Positions 1-9,349 of a stretch of 30,559 nucleotides of DNA are shown in pieces. Below the pieces are notes generated by a model that worked only from the letters and a program-made list of their open reading frames with translations, ran no database searches and was not told the DNA's origin. Source of the DNA: Candidatus Hodarchaeota archaeon (GTDB lineage: Archaea; Asgardarchaeota; Heimdallarchaeia; Hodarchaeales; Hodarchaeaceae); the NCBI GenBank assembly GCA_029856365.1, contig JAHQWW010000031.1:1-30559 (forward strand), written 5' to 3'. The position numbers and the translations under genes were made by a program. Each line of letters begins with the position of its first letter. Position 1 is the stretch's first letter.

Positions 1-964
1 AGATATGATAACTAGCTTATCTAAATATAAAACTCTTAGAATTATTTCGGTGTACGGGGGAGTTTCTATCAATCCTCAATTTCATGAGTTGAAAAGAGCT
101 GATGTCGTTATCGGAACTCCTGGGCGATTAATCGATCATATTGAGAGGGGAACAATAGAATTAGGACAGATAAAAATCTTGGTCCTTGATGAATGTGATC
201 GACTTCTTGATATGGGATTTCTACTAGACATTGAGAAAATCATCTACTCAATTCCGAGAAAACGTCAAACGCTCTTATATTCGGCCACAATATCTTATGA
301 CATAAGTCAGATTGCTCAAAAATATATGAATAATCCGATTGAGGTAGGTGCTCAATCTTATGTTGATCCACAAAAATTAAGTCAGTACTATTTTGGTCCT
401 GTCAGTAATTCGCTAAAATTCTCGTTACTAGTCCATCTATTAAATAAAAATAATGGGGGTGGTTTGTCAATGATCTTCTGCAACACCCGAAGAAATGCCG
501 ATCTTATCAACAAAAATCTGATTCGGTTAGGAATTAAGGCAACAGTCCTACATGGTGGATATACTCAACAAGAGCGATCAAAGAGCTTAAACAGCTTTCA
601 CACACGAAAAACGAAGATTTTGGTAGCCACGGATGTTGCTGCAAGAGGATTGGATATCCAGGGAGTTACATTTATTTATAATTATGATCTTCCATCCAAT
701 TTTAAACAATATATCCATAGAATCGGTAGAACAGCACGAGCAGGGAAGACAGGCAAGGCAATTACACTTGTATCACAAAGAGACGGTGAAGATTTCTTTC
801 ATTTATTTAGAGATAATCGGACGAAGATCCAAAAAGGAAGAGTCCCTTACATTGAAAAAATACCATTCAAAAGGGGGAGATCAACTTCTAATGGCCATAA
901 GAAAGAATTCAGGGGGAGAAAGAGAAACTATAATAATCCTCAATTTTCTCGATATTCATTTTAA
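1..964 (+). CDS. DEAD-box ATP-dependent RNA helicase (5'-truncated by window edge)
   Basis: Motifs GG, TPGR, DECD (DEAD variant), SAT, FCNT, HGG, ATDVAARGLDI, YIHRIGRTARAG and a basic C-tail. The Q motif and Walker A are missing because the frame runs off the window start. Confidence 0.95.
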   Translation, partial: DMITSLSKYKTLRIISVYGGVSINPQFHELKRADVVIGTPGRLIDHIERGTIELGQIKILVLDECDRLLDMGFLLDIEKIIYSIPRKRQTLLYSATISYDISQIAQKYMNNPIEVGAQSYVDPQKLSQYYFGPVSNSLKFSLLVHLLNKNNGGGLSMIFCNTRRNADLINKNLIRLGIKATVLHGGYTQQERSKSLNSFHTRKTKILVATDVAARGLDIQGVTFIYNYDLPSNFKQYIHRIGRTARAGKTGKAITLVSQRDGEDFFHLFRDNRTKIQKGRVPYIEKIPFKRGRSTSNGHKKEFRGRKRNYNNPQFSRYSF

Positions 965-1211
965 GATAATGATACCCAAGATCACTTAACTTTGTATATA
1001 CTAGGAAAAGAATATCCTCGAAACATACCAACCCAAGAAAATGCCACTAGATGAATTAGATTCATCAAGTGTCAGTGAAAGTTGATTATATTAGGAAATT
1101 TATATAAGCTTAAGATTGCCCCTTACTAAAACTTTGTGATACGATGGAGGACACAAGTTTGTAGCATTTTTCTGTCATTGTCAGTTCTTTCCATTATTAT
1201 CCATCCTTTAC

Positions 1212-1230
1212 AAAAAAAGAAAAAGAAGGA
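1212..1230 (-). terminator. Possible archaeal-type oligo(T) terminator downstream of the ABC exporter operon
   Basis: Minus strand reads TCCTTCTTTTTCTTTTTTT about 165 nt after the permease stop codon. Confidence 0.3.
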
Positions 1231-1393
1231 GAGATATTTATACTCTATTCTTATAGCTCAAAAAATTCAAATTATTAATACTATAACTTTGTATTTTTCA
1301 CTCCATTCGATCTAATCATAATATATCCTTTATCTAATCCAAGATCGCTAGACCGTGTTTCTTAATTTAATTGGTACGATGTACCATCAATGT

Positions 1394-2719
1394 TTAATCC
1401 TTTCTTCTTATTCGGAAAAGATGTTTATAGGATATTTCTAAGATACCTTCACTTTCAACTAACCTACTCGCTACCCATATACCAATGAGAATCCAAGCTA
1501 GTTGAGCTAGTAAACTTAACCAAGCACTAAACACTATCTCACCTGTTACTAACGAGATATGAATAGCAAATAGGTAGCCTAGTAGAGGTAAAAACATTAA
1601 TATTGTTTGAATGACACTATCAATCTCTTCAACGGGAAGAAAGGCCACTAATAATGTAAGAACAAGCGGAATTATAATCAACGCTGATATTACCATATTT
1701 GCTTCTCGTTCGTCCTTTGCCACAAGGCTGAAAAAGACTGCACCAGTAATAGTTAACAATGACACTAGTATAAGTCCTATGATAATATATAATAGAAATA
1801 TCCAGACTGAGAGCGGTGCATTTCTTATCATTGATTCCAGAATGGGAACAATTTCAATTTTAATGGAACTAGGAATAATAAAATACCCTAATGCAATAAG
1901 CGCAATGATAGTGACCACTGTGAACATTGTGTTAAAACACACAAGAATCGAACCATAGAGAAGTTTTCCCGCAATTATACTTCTCCGTCTAATTGGCTGA
2001 AGAATTAGGCTTTCTAGAGTTTTTTGTTCTCGTTCTATTGTTACAGATATTAGTACCAGTGAAAGAGAGGGAATAACTAATAACATTATTGCATAAAGAG
2101 GAATAAGAGTGATGAAGGACGCGGCAAATCCTTCTGCAGCTGTGATAGTTGAATCAACTGAATCAATTGATGTTCGCTTTAGTGTTGAATAAATTCTGTT
2201 GATATTCGTAATTCCATGATAATGAAAAAGAATTTGTTGGTTTAAAATCAGGGAGACTTCAATAATGTAGTTAACTACTCTTATATTGTCTATTTCTGTA
2301 TTATCATAATAAATAAAAAATTGTGTTGGAAGCGAACTATTGATAATTTCACTGAAATTAGCAGGGATATATAACAATATCGAAAAATTATTTGATTCGA
2401 GCAGTCTATCTAATTCAGTAACATTTTTATTGGTATAATGCAAATCTTTTGTTAAATTATTAGTTTTAAGTAATGTATAGAACTGTACTCCCCAGCTAGT
2501 GCCATTAATTTCTCCATCATCCTGTATAACAAATATTTCAATTGGTTTTTCAACTGGTTCCTCAATCGTAGAAATTACTGCAACTGCCATAATAATCGTT
2601 ATAGCAAAAACTAAAAATAGAATAAGTGGTGTAGTAAATAGAAGTAAAATTCTGCGAGTAGATTTGAATAACAATCTTATCTCTTTCTTTGCAATGATCC
2701 ATGCACTTTGGAGAATCAT
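1394..2719 (-). CDS. ABC-2 type transporter permease (NatB-like)
   Basis: N-terminal IAKKE motif plus TM helix, extracellular loop, EREQKTLESLILQPI motif, then several TM helices. Overlaps the ATPase stop by 4 nt (ATGA). Confidence 0.9.
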   Translation of the reverse strand: MILQSAWIIAKKEIRLLFKSTRRILLLFTTPLILFLVFAITIIMAVAVISTIEEPVEKPIEIFVIQDDGEINGTSWGVQFYTLLKTNNLTKDLHYTNKNVTELDRLLESNNFSILLYIPANFSEIINSSLPTQFFIYYDNTEIDNIRVVNYIIEVSLILNQQILFHYHGITNINRIYSTLKRTSIDSVDSTITAAEGFAASFITLIPLYAIMLLVIPSLSLVLISVTIEREQKTLESLILQPIRRRSIIAGKLLYGSILVCFNTMFTVVTIIALIALGYFIIPSSIKIEIVPILESMIRNAPLSVWIFLLYIIIGLILVSLLTITGAVFFSLVAKDEREANMVISALIIIPLVLTLLVAFLPVEEIDSVIQTILMFLPLLGYLFAIHISLVTGEIVFSAWLSLLAQLAWILIGIWVASRLVESEGILEISYKHLFRIRRKD

Positions 2720-3504
2720 GCACTCACCTCGTTTGCCTCACCTGTCCAACCAATCAAATTAACAACTGCATCCTCTAAGTCATTCAGGTCTCGCGCATAT
2801 TTCTGAATGATTCTTGATGGGGTATCTTCAGCAATGAGAACGCCTTTATGAAGAACACCTACTCTATCGGTGATTCTTTCAGCACTAATCATATCGTGTG
2901 TAGAAAGGAGTACAGTAATGTTCTTCTGCTTGGCAAGGTTCTTTATTATCTCTCTCACTCGTCTAGAAACCAGTACATCAATACCTGCTGTTGGTTCATC
3001 TAAGAATAATACTTGTGGTTCTCCAATCATTGCTCTAGCAATCATAAGCCTGCGTTTCATCCCACCAGAATAAGTTTCGACTCTATCATTTTTTCGATCT
3101 TCTAAACCAACCATTTCTATTAGAGCGGTTATTTGGGATTTCTTCTCTTCGTCATATAATCCTCGGAGCTCTGCAATAAAATTTAGATTTTCTACAGCTG
3201 AAAATTCTTCATAGAGTCCCGCATCTTGGGGTAAACATCCCACCAATTTCCTTACTGCACTAGAATCAGTCACAATATCATTGCCAAATATAGAAGCTGT
3301 TCCTGAAGTTGCTTTTATCATTGTAGTCAAAATTCTCACGGTAGTTGTTTTCCCAGCCCCATTCTCACCCAATAATCCATAGATCTCTCCTTTTTTAATA
3401 CGTAAATTTAGATCTTTTAGAGCTTGGACTTCATTTTTTCTATTTATATCATAAATTTTCGATAAACGATCAGTAGTAATCGCAATACTTCCCATTCTCA
3501 TCAC
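2716..3504 (-). CDS. ABC transporter ATP-binding protein
   Basis: Walker A GENGAGKTT, signature YSGGM, Walker B LFLDEPT, H-loop STH. Confidence 0.96.
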   Translation of the reverse strand: MMRMGSIAITTDRLSKIYDINRKNEVQALKDLNLRIKKGEIYGLLGENGAGKTTTVRILTTMIKATSGTASIFGNDIVTDSSAVRKLVGCLPQDAGLYEEFSAVENLNFIAELRGLYDEEKKSQITALIEMVGLEDRKNDRVETYSGGMKRRLMIARAMIGEPQVLFLDEPTAGIDVLVSRRVREIIKNLAKQKNITVLLSTHDMISAERITDRVGVLHKGVLIAEDTPSRIIQKYARDLNDLEDAVVNLIGWTGEANEVSA

Positions 3505-3560
3505 ATAGTTGATTTAGCTGAAATGTAGATTACAATTTTTTTAAGTTCTTACACTTTATA

Positions 3561-4747
3561 CTAAAAAAATCGAGTTTTTAGAAATTCTTCCACCGTGGAT
3601 AGATCATTACTTTGTTTTATAATAATTCCATGTTTATTGAGGAATTCAACCATTAAATGGTCAAATTTATCAACAGACTCTTTAATCTTATCAAAATTTC
3701 TGGTCGAAATGATTTTTACTAAGTTTGGAAAACCTTCTTCCTTATAACTGCTATCCATATCATAGAAGGACTCAAAATGATATTTATTATAGTAAATATC
3801 TTTTTTTACCTTTTCTAAAAAGCAGGCGACGGATACCTGTAATTCCACTGCCGCATAAGAAGCTGTTAATATATCATTTCGTTTTAACGCTGAAAGAATC
3901 TTATTCAAGTATTCTTTTGTATTGTAATAATCCCAATAAACATAATCCTGTTTTTTGGTGCTATTTTTTATTTCCATTTCACTTTTTAATATCGTTGATA
4001 GTTCTACCAATTTCTTCATTTTTATTGGATCGTTTGGACTTTTTAATACCATTGACAATTCTACTAATAGCTTTTTTCCATCTGAAATTAATTCATCGAA
4101 ATTCTCAGAGAGACTCAAAGTTGTGGATAATTCCTTTAAAGAAGAAGGTTTATATGGAAATTTATTAAGTTCTACTATGTTAGATCCCCAATTCTTCTTT
4201 AATGGTGTATTGTAATAATGAGATAAAATAATACTAGTTCCAATTAGCATCCCCCAAGCAGTCCAACGTCCTCTTACGATATCATCACGTTCCTAGCCTG
4301 TTGAATTCCATTGATATAACCTTTCAGGTTTTCATATTCAGAAAGTATTATTCTTATGTGCTCTTCCAAAGAAATTTTAATATTCTGCCTGATTCCTTCA
4401 AAGTGCTGTTTATCTTCTTCTGATCTAATATATAACAATTTGTTATTTAGAAAAATTGAGGCAGCAACAACCCATGGATTTTCCTTAATTTTTCCTCTGA
4501 CTATTTGTTCTGCTTTTTTCCAATCCATACTCCAGAAGGAGACTTGATTGTTTTGAAAAATAAACTTCCAGTCAATCTTACTTTCTGCATTTTCATCTAC
4601 AATTGCAAACATATCTAAATCTGAGGAATCAGTCTGCTTGTTGAGAGCAACAGAACCATAAACACCAATTATAGCAATCTGATCAGAATAGAACTCATAA
4701 GCTAGTTGACAAAGAATCTTTGCTAATTGACCAAGTTTTGACATCAA
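3561..4747 (-). pseudogene. Nucleotidyltransferase-domain protein (Pol-beta/KNTase-like), split by a single-base frameshift near 4274-4292 (pseudogene or assembly error)
   Basis: ORF 4274-4747 has GVYGS...SDLDM (GS + DxD). The -1 frame continues ...ERDDIVRGRWTAWGMLIG directly into ORF 3561-4250, which supplies the helical C-terminal part. Confidence 0.75.
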
Positions 4748-5145
4748 TCACACCATAAGAAGCCCCAATGTAACATAGTTCCTGGCAATGATTTAGCTTA
4801 AATTTTATCTATATCAGATTCTTTTTAATTAACTATAAATAAGCGTATATAGATACGCACAATGTCAGTTAATTAAAGTACAAGGAAAATAAATAAGCAT
4901 ATACCATATATCTATAATGAGAGGTAAATCAAATATTACGGGATTACTGAAAATACTGACGGATTTGAATCCATACTTCGATTCATAATTCAGAAATATA
5001 ATGCAACTCTTGCTAGCTCATAATTGCTTTCAAAAAAACTATAATTGATAGTCGTTTTAATTGCTTAAATTTAAAATATTAGTAACATTAATTTCTTCTG
5101 TTGAAAGGTTTCATTTCTTTAATATGTTCTAATAGAAAGCGATAA

Positions 5146-5871
5146 TCAAGGGATTAACTTCATCATTCTCATATAATATGGTCCTGTTAGTGTATAAAAC
5201 AAAAAAAACACGAAAACACCTAAACTTGTCCAGAAATTTGATAAAATGAGAAATATTACTATTGTGATATAACCTATTCCCCGAAGAATTTTGTAGAATG
5301 TAGAGTACGACACATGGGAGGGGTACTTTAAGTGTGTTATCATTAGGAGGCTTATACAAACTATAATAAAGCCAATATGGATTCCCTTGTTAAGAAGAAA
5401 TGTTAGTTCTGGAGGACTAGCTGCGATAAGAACACTCAAAGAACCTATAACCAACGCCGCAATAGAAGCTGGTAAACCTTCAAAATAAATGCCTGTTGGG
5501 TGCCTTACGAAGCGAATGAGCCTATAAATACCGCATACCAAATAAACAAAAGCAATTGGAATATATATTCCTAGTTGCTCATTTGGGTTAATAAAAATCA
5601 AAATAAATGATGGTACTAATACATAGGTGATCGTATCAGCAAAACTGTCAATATATACTCCTATGTTTGAGTGTTGTTTAGTTTTTCTAGCAAAGAATCC
5701 ATCGAAAAAGTCAAATCCAGCTCCAATAATTATCAACCTAAGTGGCCAAAAAATATCTCCGATAATCACGAAGTAGATACCCAGTAATCCCGCCAGACCA
5801 TTTAATCCAGTAAAGATGAAGGAGAGGCCCCTGAAAATCTTATCTTGGTCGCGATAAAGAAAAGAGATCAT
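5146..5871 (-). CDS. pssA: CDP-alcohol phosphatidyltransferase, PssA/archaetidylserine synthase-like
   Basis: DFFDGFFAR...G..IDSFAD signature, with PssA-type RLIRF, FEGLP and LMIT..KYP motifs; polytopic membrane protein. Confidence 0.8.
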   Translation of the reverse strand: MISFLYRDQDKIFRGLSFIFTGLNGLAGLLGIYFVIIGDIFWPLRLIIIGAGFDFFDGFFARKTKQHSNIGVYIDSFADTITYVLVPSFILIFINPNEQLGIYIPIAFVYLVCGIYRLIRFVRHPTGIYFEGLPASIAALVIGSLSVLIAASPPELTFLLNKGIHIGFIIVCISLLMITHLKYPSHVSYSTFYKILRGIGYITIVIFLILSNFWTSLGVFVFFLFYTLTGPYYMRMMKLIP

Positions 5872-6854
5872 GTTTCTTCTTGGTTCCTATAATTAAACTT
5901 AATAAATGAATTTTGGAAATCTAGATTCATATGGATCAATTTGGGATCTTTATTATTAGAATATAAGATAAATTTTTGCGATGGAATTAATAAGCGAGGG
6001 AAAGACAATAGTTTTGGTAAAAAGACAGGATTCAAAGTAGAAATTAATACATTGGTTTGAGGAAGGATACGGAATATTGAAGTGAATATAGATCGAGCTA
6101 TTGATGGATGAACCTTTAAAAGATGATTAAATATAGAAAAATACCGTATTTGACCAGTATGTAACAACAGTGGAAATTTGTTAATTTTTCTACCCTGTAC
6201 TGGATGAATTGGTTGCGTTACTTGAAGAATGCACATTAATCGGTTCCTAAAATAGAAAGAGAACCACACTGGGTAGTTGTCCCAAGAAAGTCGAGGTACC
6301 CAATACTTCTGCTCCTTAAAAACGAAATTCTTCCAGAACTTTGGAGGTGAATGTGATTTTATAATTTTCAGAGGGATAGCTTGTTTTGTTCTTGGGAAAA
6401 AAAAGTAGCGAAAGAGGATGGTTGCTGAAACACTCAGGATAGGATATAATTCTGTTTTTCTGGCAATATTTTGCATTTTAGTATTTTTTGCATTGATTAA
6501 AAAAAGGTTTTGGGCTTCATTAGAAACACATTCCTTCTTAAAATGGGCTGCTATTTGCTTGTAAATCCCTTTATTTTGCCAAGCTGGGTCAACCTTTATG
6601 TTATGAACCCAAAAAAATGGTAAATTGATTGGTTCATTGTTTCTGAAAATTTCTAAGGGATGTGCCCACAGTTGACCAATTATTTCTTTATTCTTACGAG
6701 CTACAACTGTGTGTACCCCTTTTGTTGAAAGCCATTGTTTATATTGGTTACTAGAGATAACAGGAGCAATTCTATTTCGGTAGAGGGAATAATCATTCTG
6801 TAAAAGAGAAGGAATGTCTTCGATTGAAATATTTGATGAAATTTTAACCGTCAT
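5868..6854 (-). CDS. GNAT family N-acetyltransferase
   Basis: Acetyl-CoA-binding motif A (IKVDPAWQNKGI) and a downstream N..M segment. Its stop overlaps the pssA start (ATGA). Confidence 0.7.
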   Translation of the reverse strand: MTVKISSNISIEDIPSLLQNDYSLYRNRIAPVISSNQYKQWLSTKGVHTVVARKNKEIIGQLWAHPLEIFRNNEPINLPFFWVHNIKVDPAWQNKGIYKQIAAHFKKECVSNEAQNLFLINAKNTKMQNIARKTELYPILSVSATILFRYFFFPRTKQAIPLKIIKSHSPPKFWKNFVFKEQKYWVPRLSWDNYPVWFSFYFRNRLMCILQVTQPIHPVQGRKINKFPLLLHTGQIRYFSIFNHLLKVHPSIARSIFTSIFRILPQTNVLISTLNPVFLPKLLSFPRLLIPSQKFILYSNNKDPKLIHMNLDFQNSFIKFNYRNQEET

Positions 6855-6988
6855 CGAGTTTTCACTTTAAATAATCCTTTAGATTCCATCATAATATCTT
6901 CTTTAGTTTTCTCTTTCACCTAAAATTAACTATTTAAGTGATTAATTCTAAATAAATGCATCCTGTTTAAAAATCAAGGAATTGAAAG

Positions 6989-7510
6989 ATGAAAGCACAA
7001 AAAAAGATAAGAATTAGTTTAATCCTTTTTTTCCTAATTTTATTATATTTCCTAGCAATAAATTTAATTTATTTCGCTCCCCTGCCATATTCAATAACGG
7101 AAGGAAGATTTTCATTAGCAGCGACCGAAGATCAAATCATTTATGAACAGTGGACTCGAAAAGTAACCGTGGAAATTGAGCTGGTTACAGGAGGGCCCCT
7201 ATTATTGATTCATACCATGATAAGTGATGATATTACAGACGAAATCACGAATGAAGGAACTTTTCAGGATCAATTTCAAACATGGAGGATCACTTTGAGC
7301 ACTTGGGGAACTAACGCTACAAATGCTACAGGTACATACAAAATTATTGACCACACATCCCCTCTTTTGCCAAAGCCAAAACATAATTACGTTTCGATAT
7401 TTGAGATTTATATCCAGTTTATGTTTTACGCAACAATCTTATTAATGGGATTAGGTTTTTTCATTTTCATTCTTATTGGTTTTTTTTACATAATAAAGGA
7501 CAGAAAATGA
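6989..7510 (+). CDS. Hypothetical membrane/surface protein (N-terminal TM, Thr-rich external domain, C-terminal TM + KDRK tail)
   Basis: 173-aa ORF with hydrophobic segments at both ends and NAT/NATG sequons. Confidence 0.7.
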   Translation: MKAQKKIRISLILFFLILLYFLAINLIYFAPLPYSITEGRFSLAATEDQIIYEQWTRKVTVEIELVTGGPLLLIHTMISDDITDEITNEGTFQDQFQTWRITLSTWGTNATNATGTYKIIDHTSPLLPKPKHNYVSIFEIYIQFMFYATILLMGLGFFIFILIGFFYIIKDRK

Positions 7511-7534
7511 ACTAGTTTTTTGGAGGGAGTCTAT

Positions 7535-7550
7535 TGAAAAGATTTTTAAA
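7535..7550 (+). promoter_or_regulatory. Putative archaeal BRE-TATA promoter for the DUF2178-Xre(-archaeosortase) genes
   Basis: Purine-rich GAAAAGA immediately followed by TTTTTAAA, upstream of the operator-like repeats. Confidence 0.4.
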
Positions 7551-7567
7551 TTCGAAAATTTCGAATT
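7549..7567. repeat. Perfect 9-bp inverted repeat AATTCGAAA-A-TTTCGAATT
   Basis: Read directly from the sequence; 1-nt spacer; abuts the 20-bp repeat array. Confidence 0.85.
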
Positions 7568-7627
7568 GCAAGTAAACTTTGCAAAAAGCAAGTGTACTTA
7601 GCATAAAGCAAGTGAGCTTAGCCAAGT
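7568..7627 (+). promoter_or_regulatory. Three tandem 20-bp-period repeats, each an imperfect dyad; likely Xre-regulator operators
   Basis: GCAAGTAAACTTTGCAAAAA / GCAAGTGTACTTAGCATAAA / GCAAGTGAGCTTAGCCAAGT start at 7568, 7588 and 7608, ending 35 nt before the DUF2178 start. The repeat is seen directly; the operator role is inferred. Confidence 0.7.
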
Positions 7628-7662
7628 GTTTTCTGAACTAATTAGCGATGAAGTGAATAATT

Positions 7663-8061
7663 ATGACCTTTACTAAAAGATGGAAGGCAGAATTAGGCGT
7701 TTCTATGCTTATCTTCATAGAATTCGGGATTGTCACACTTTGGGCTCTTCTTACTCAAAATGAAAGCATTATAATGTCTTCTGCCGTTCTTTCAGCAATT
7801 GGTTTTATTTTTATTGCTTTTAAACTGTATGAGACAAAATTTCAAAAAAAGAGACTTGATGATGAAAGAATTGAGAAGCTGACTGAACAAGCATACTTGA
7901 TTTCAGCCATCGCAGGAGTAATTATGCTTCCACAAATAGTATTACTTGAAATTTTCACTGGTAATACTATTAGTGCCCTAGACACTTTCGTTATTGTAGC
8001 AAATACATTTCTACTTGTTTTTCTTGTGGTTGAAGTACTTCAGCAATTCTTTTTATCGTAA
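7663..8061 (+). CDS. DUF2178-like membrane protein
   Basis: Four TM helices with a central DER...A motif (LDDERIEKLTEQA); adjacent to an Xre HTH gene, the usual pairing. Confidence 0.7.
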   Translation: MTFTKRWKAELGVSMLIFIEFGIVTLWALLTQNESIIMSSAVLSAIGFIFIAFKLYETKFQKKRLDDERIEKLTEQAYLISAIAGVIMLPQIVLLEIFTGNTISALDTFVIVANTFLLVFLVVEVLQQFFLS

Positions 8062-8069
8062 TAATTGCG

Positions 8070-8273
8070 GTGATGAGGATAAAAAACCGTTTGAAAGTGT
8101 TTCGGGCAGAAAACAATTGGACACAACAATATATCGCAAATAAATTAAACATAAGTAGACAGACTATTTCAGCAATCGAAAAAGGAAAATATAATCCTTC
8201 TCTTACTCTGGCATTTAAACTAGCACAAGTATTTAATTGCAAAATTGAAGATCTTTTCATATTTGAAGAATAA
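8070..8273 (+). CDS. Xre/Cro-like helix-turn-helix transcriptional regulator
   Basis: KNRLKVFR...TQQYIA...ISRQTISAIEKGKYNPSLTLAFKLA..F...IEDLF. Confidence 0.95.
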   Translation: MMRIKNRLKVFRAENNWTQQYIANKLNISRQTISAIEKGKYNPSLTLAFKLAQVFNCKIEDLFIFEE

Positions 8274-8299
8274 ATGGATTTAATCTCGAGGATAAGTCA

Positions 8300-9079
8300 A
8301 TGATTGAAGCTCAAGATACTCAAATTAGAAATAAAGAACCTAAGGTCGAAAACTCACCTAAATCGAATGAATATACTACAAAAGAATTGAATCCTTCTAA
8401 TAAGAGATTTCATAATGATAGACTCATGATTACGACTCTCTTCCTAGCTTCAGTGATAACATTACTCTTCTATACTGTTCCTGATTGGGTTTTCATAGAG
8501 ATACCCACTCGTGATATTATTCACAATTTGCTGAACCTCCTAGGAATAGAAAACATCCTCATCCCCACTATGGACCCCAACACTGTAGTCCCTGAAGCTT
8601 TACGAGGGGGATCCTTTCCTTTCCTAGAAGCTACAGTCCACACTCCAGGCGTTAGAATTCCATACCCAGACCCCATTCCAAACGGAGATTACTGGATTGT
8701 CAAAGCGTGTACGGGAATGCAAGCAGGAGGATTACTAACTGCTATCATTATTGTAACAGAGGCCCCAAAGATTGCTAAAATTCGGGCTAGTCTTGCATTT
8801 CTTTCTGTACTCTTTATTGGTAATGCTCTAAGGATCACATTCCATTTATGGTGTGTTTATGTTTTAATTATGCAGTTTCAAATGGATCCCAATGAAGCAT
8901 TTTACTGGGCTCATGATGTTTCTACTAAAATTATTGGTTTTTTTGGGACAATTTTGTTTGCCTTCATTATTGAGAGAATCGGGGGTGTTCCAATCATCGA
9001 TCAATTTGCAGATTGGTTAGATTGGATGTGGTGGCGATTGAACTGTATTAAATCAAAATTACAGAGTTTCTTAGGCTAG
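8300..9079 (+). CDS. Exosortase/archaeosortase family membrane transpeptidase
   Basis: Catalytic Cys in IVKACTG, Arg in GNALRI, His in AHD; multiple TM helices; GAGG RBS upstream. Confidence 0.85.
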   Translation: MIEAQDTQIRNKEPKVENSPKSNEYTTKELNPSNKRFHNDRLMITTLFLASVITLLFYTVPDWVFIEIPTRDIIHNLLNLLGIENILIPTMDPNTVVPEALRGGSFPFLEATVHTPGVRIPYPDPIPNGDYWIVKACTGMQAGGLLTAIIIVTEAPKIAKIRASLAFLSVLFIGNALRITFHLWCVYVLIMQFQMDPNEAFYWAHDVSTKIIGFFGTILFAFIIERIGGVPIIDQFADWLDWMWWRLNCIKSKLQSFLG

Positions 9080-9081
9080 AG

Positions 9082-9324
9082 ACGAAAAACAAATATATTG
9101 TCTCTGTAGCTGATCAGGTCGTTGGTATTGATAAGGAAATTATGAAGACAATTTTGGATCCATTTAAAAGACAAACTCAATCAAAAATTGATGTTAAAAG
9201 ATTGGGGCTGGGACTGTTCATTTCGAGGAATATCATTAAAGGACTTAATGGAAGAATCTGGGCAATAGCTGGGGGAAAAGGAAGTCAATTTTACTTTAGT
9301 CTTTCTAAAGTAACAATAACATAG
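9082..9324 (+). pseudogene. Degenerate C-terminal HATPase_c fragment of a sensor histidine kinase
   Basis: Frame reads KYIVSVADQVVGID...ILDPF...KRLGLGLFISRNII..LNGRIW...GKGSQFYFSL. The G1 box (DxGxG) and G2 box (GxGLGL) are mutated and there is no H or N box. Confidence 0.8.
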
Positions 9325-9349
9325 TAATTTGCTTTTATTACTTCCAAAA

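Noticed and set aside
965-1393. Riboswitch or ncRNA in the long intergenic region, including short hairpins at 1050-1066 and 1372-1386
   Set aside because: Stems are only 6-7 bp and match no RNA family consensus that I recognise.
4748-5145. Small ORFs or an RNA gene in the 400-bp AT-rich gap
   Set aside because: Only ORFs of about 30 codons or fewer, with no motifs and no GC-rich structured segment.
6989-7510. Membrane protein as the archaeosortase substrate
   Set aside because: It has a C-terminal TM and basic tail but no recognisable PGF/PEF-like motif before the TM, so support is insufficient.
7568-7627. 20-bp repeats as a mini CRISPR array
   Set aside because: Units are contiguous with only ~5-nt linkers, there are no spacers and no cas genes; an operator array fits better.
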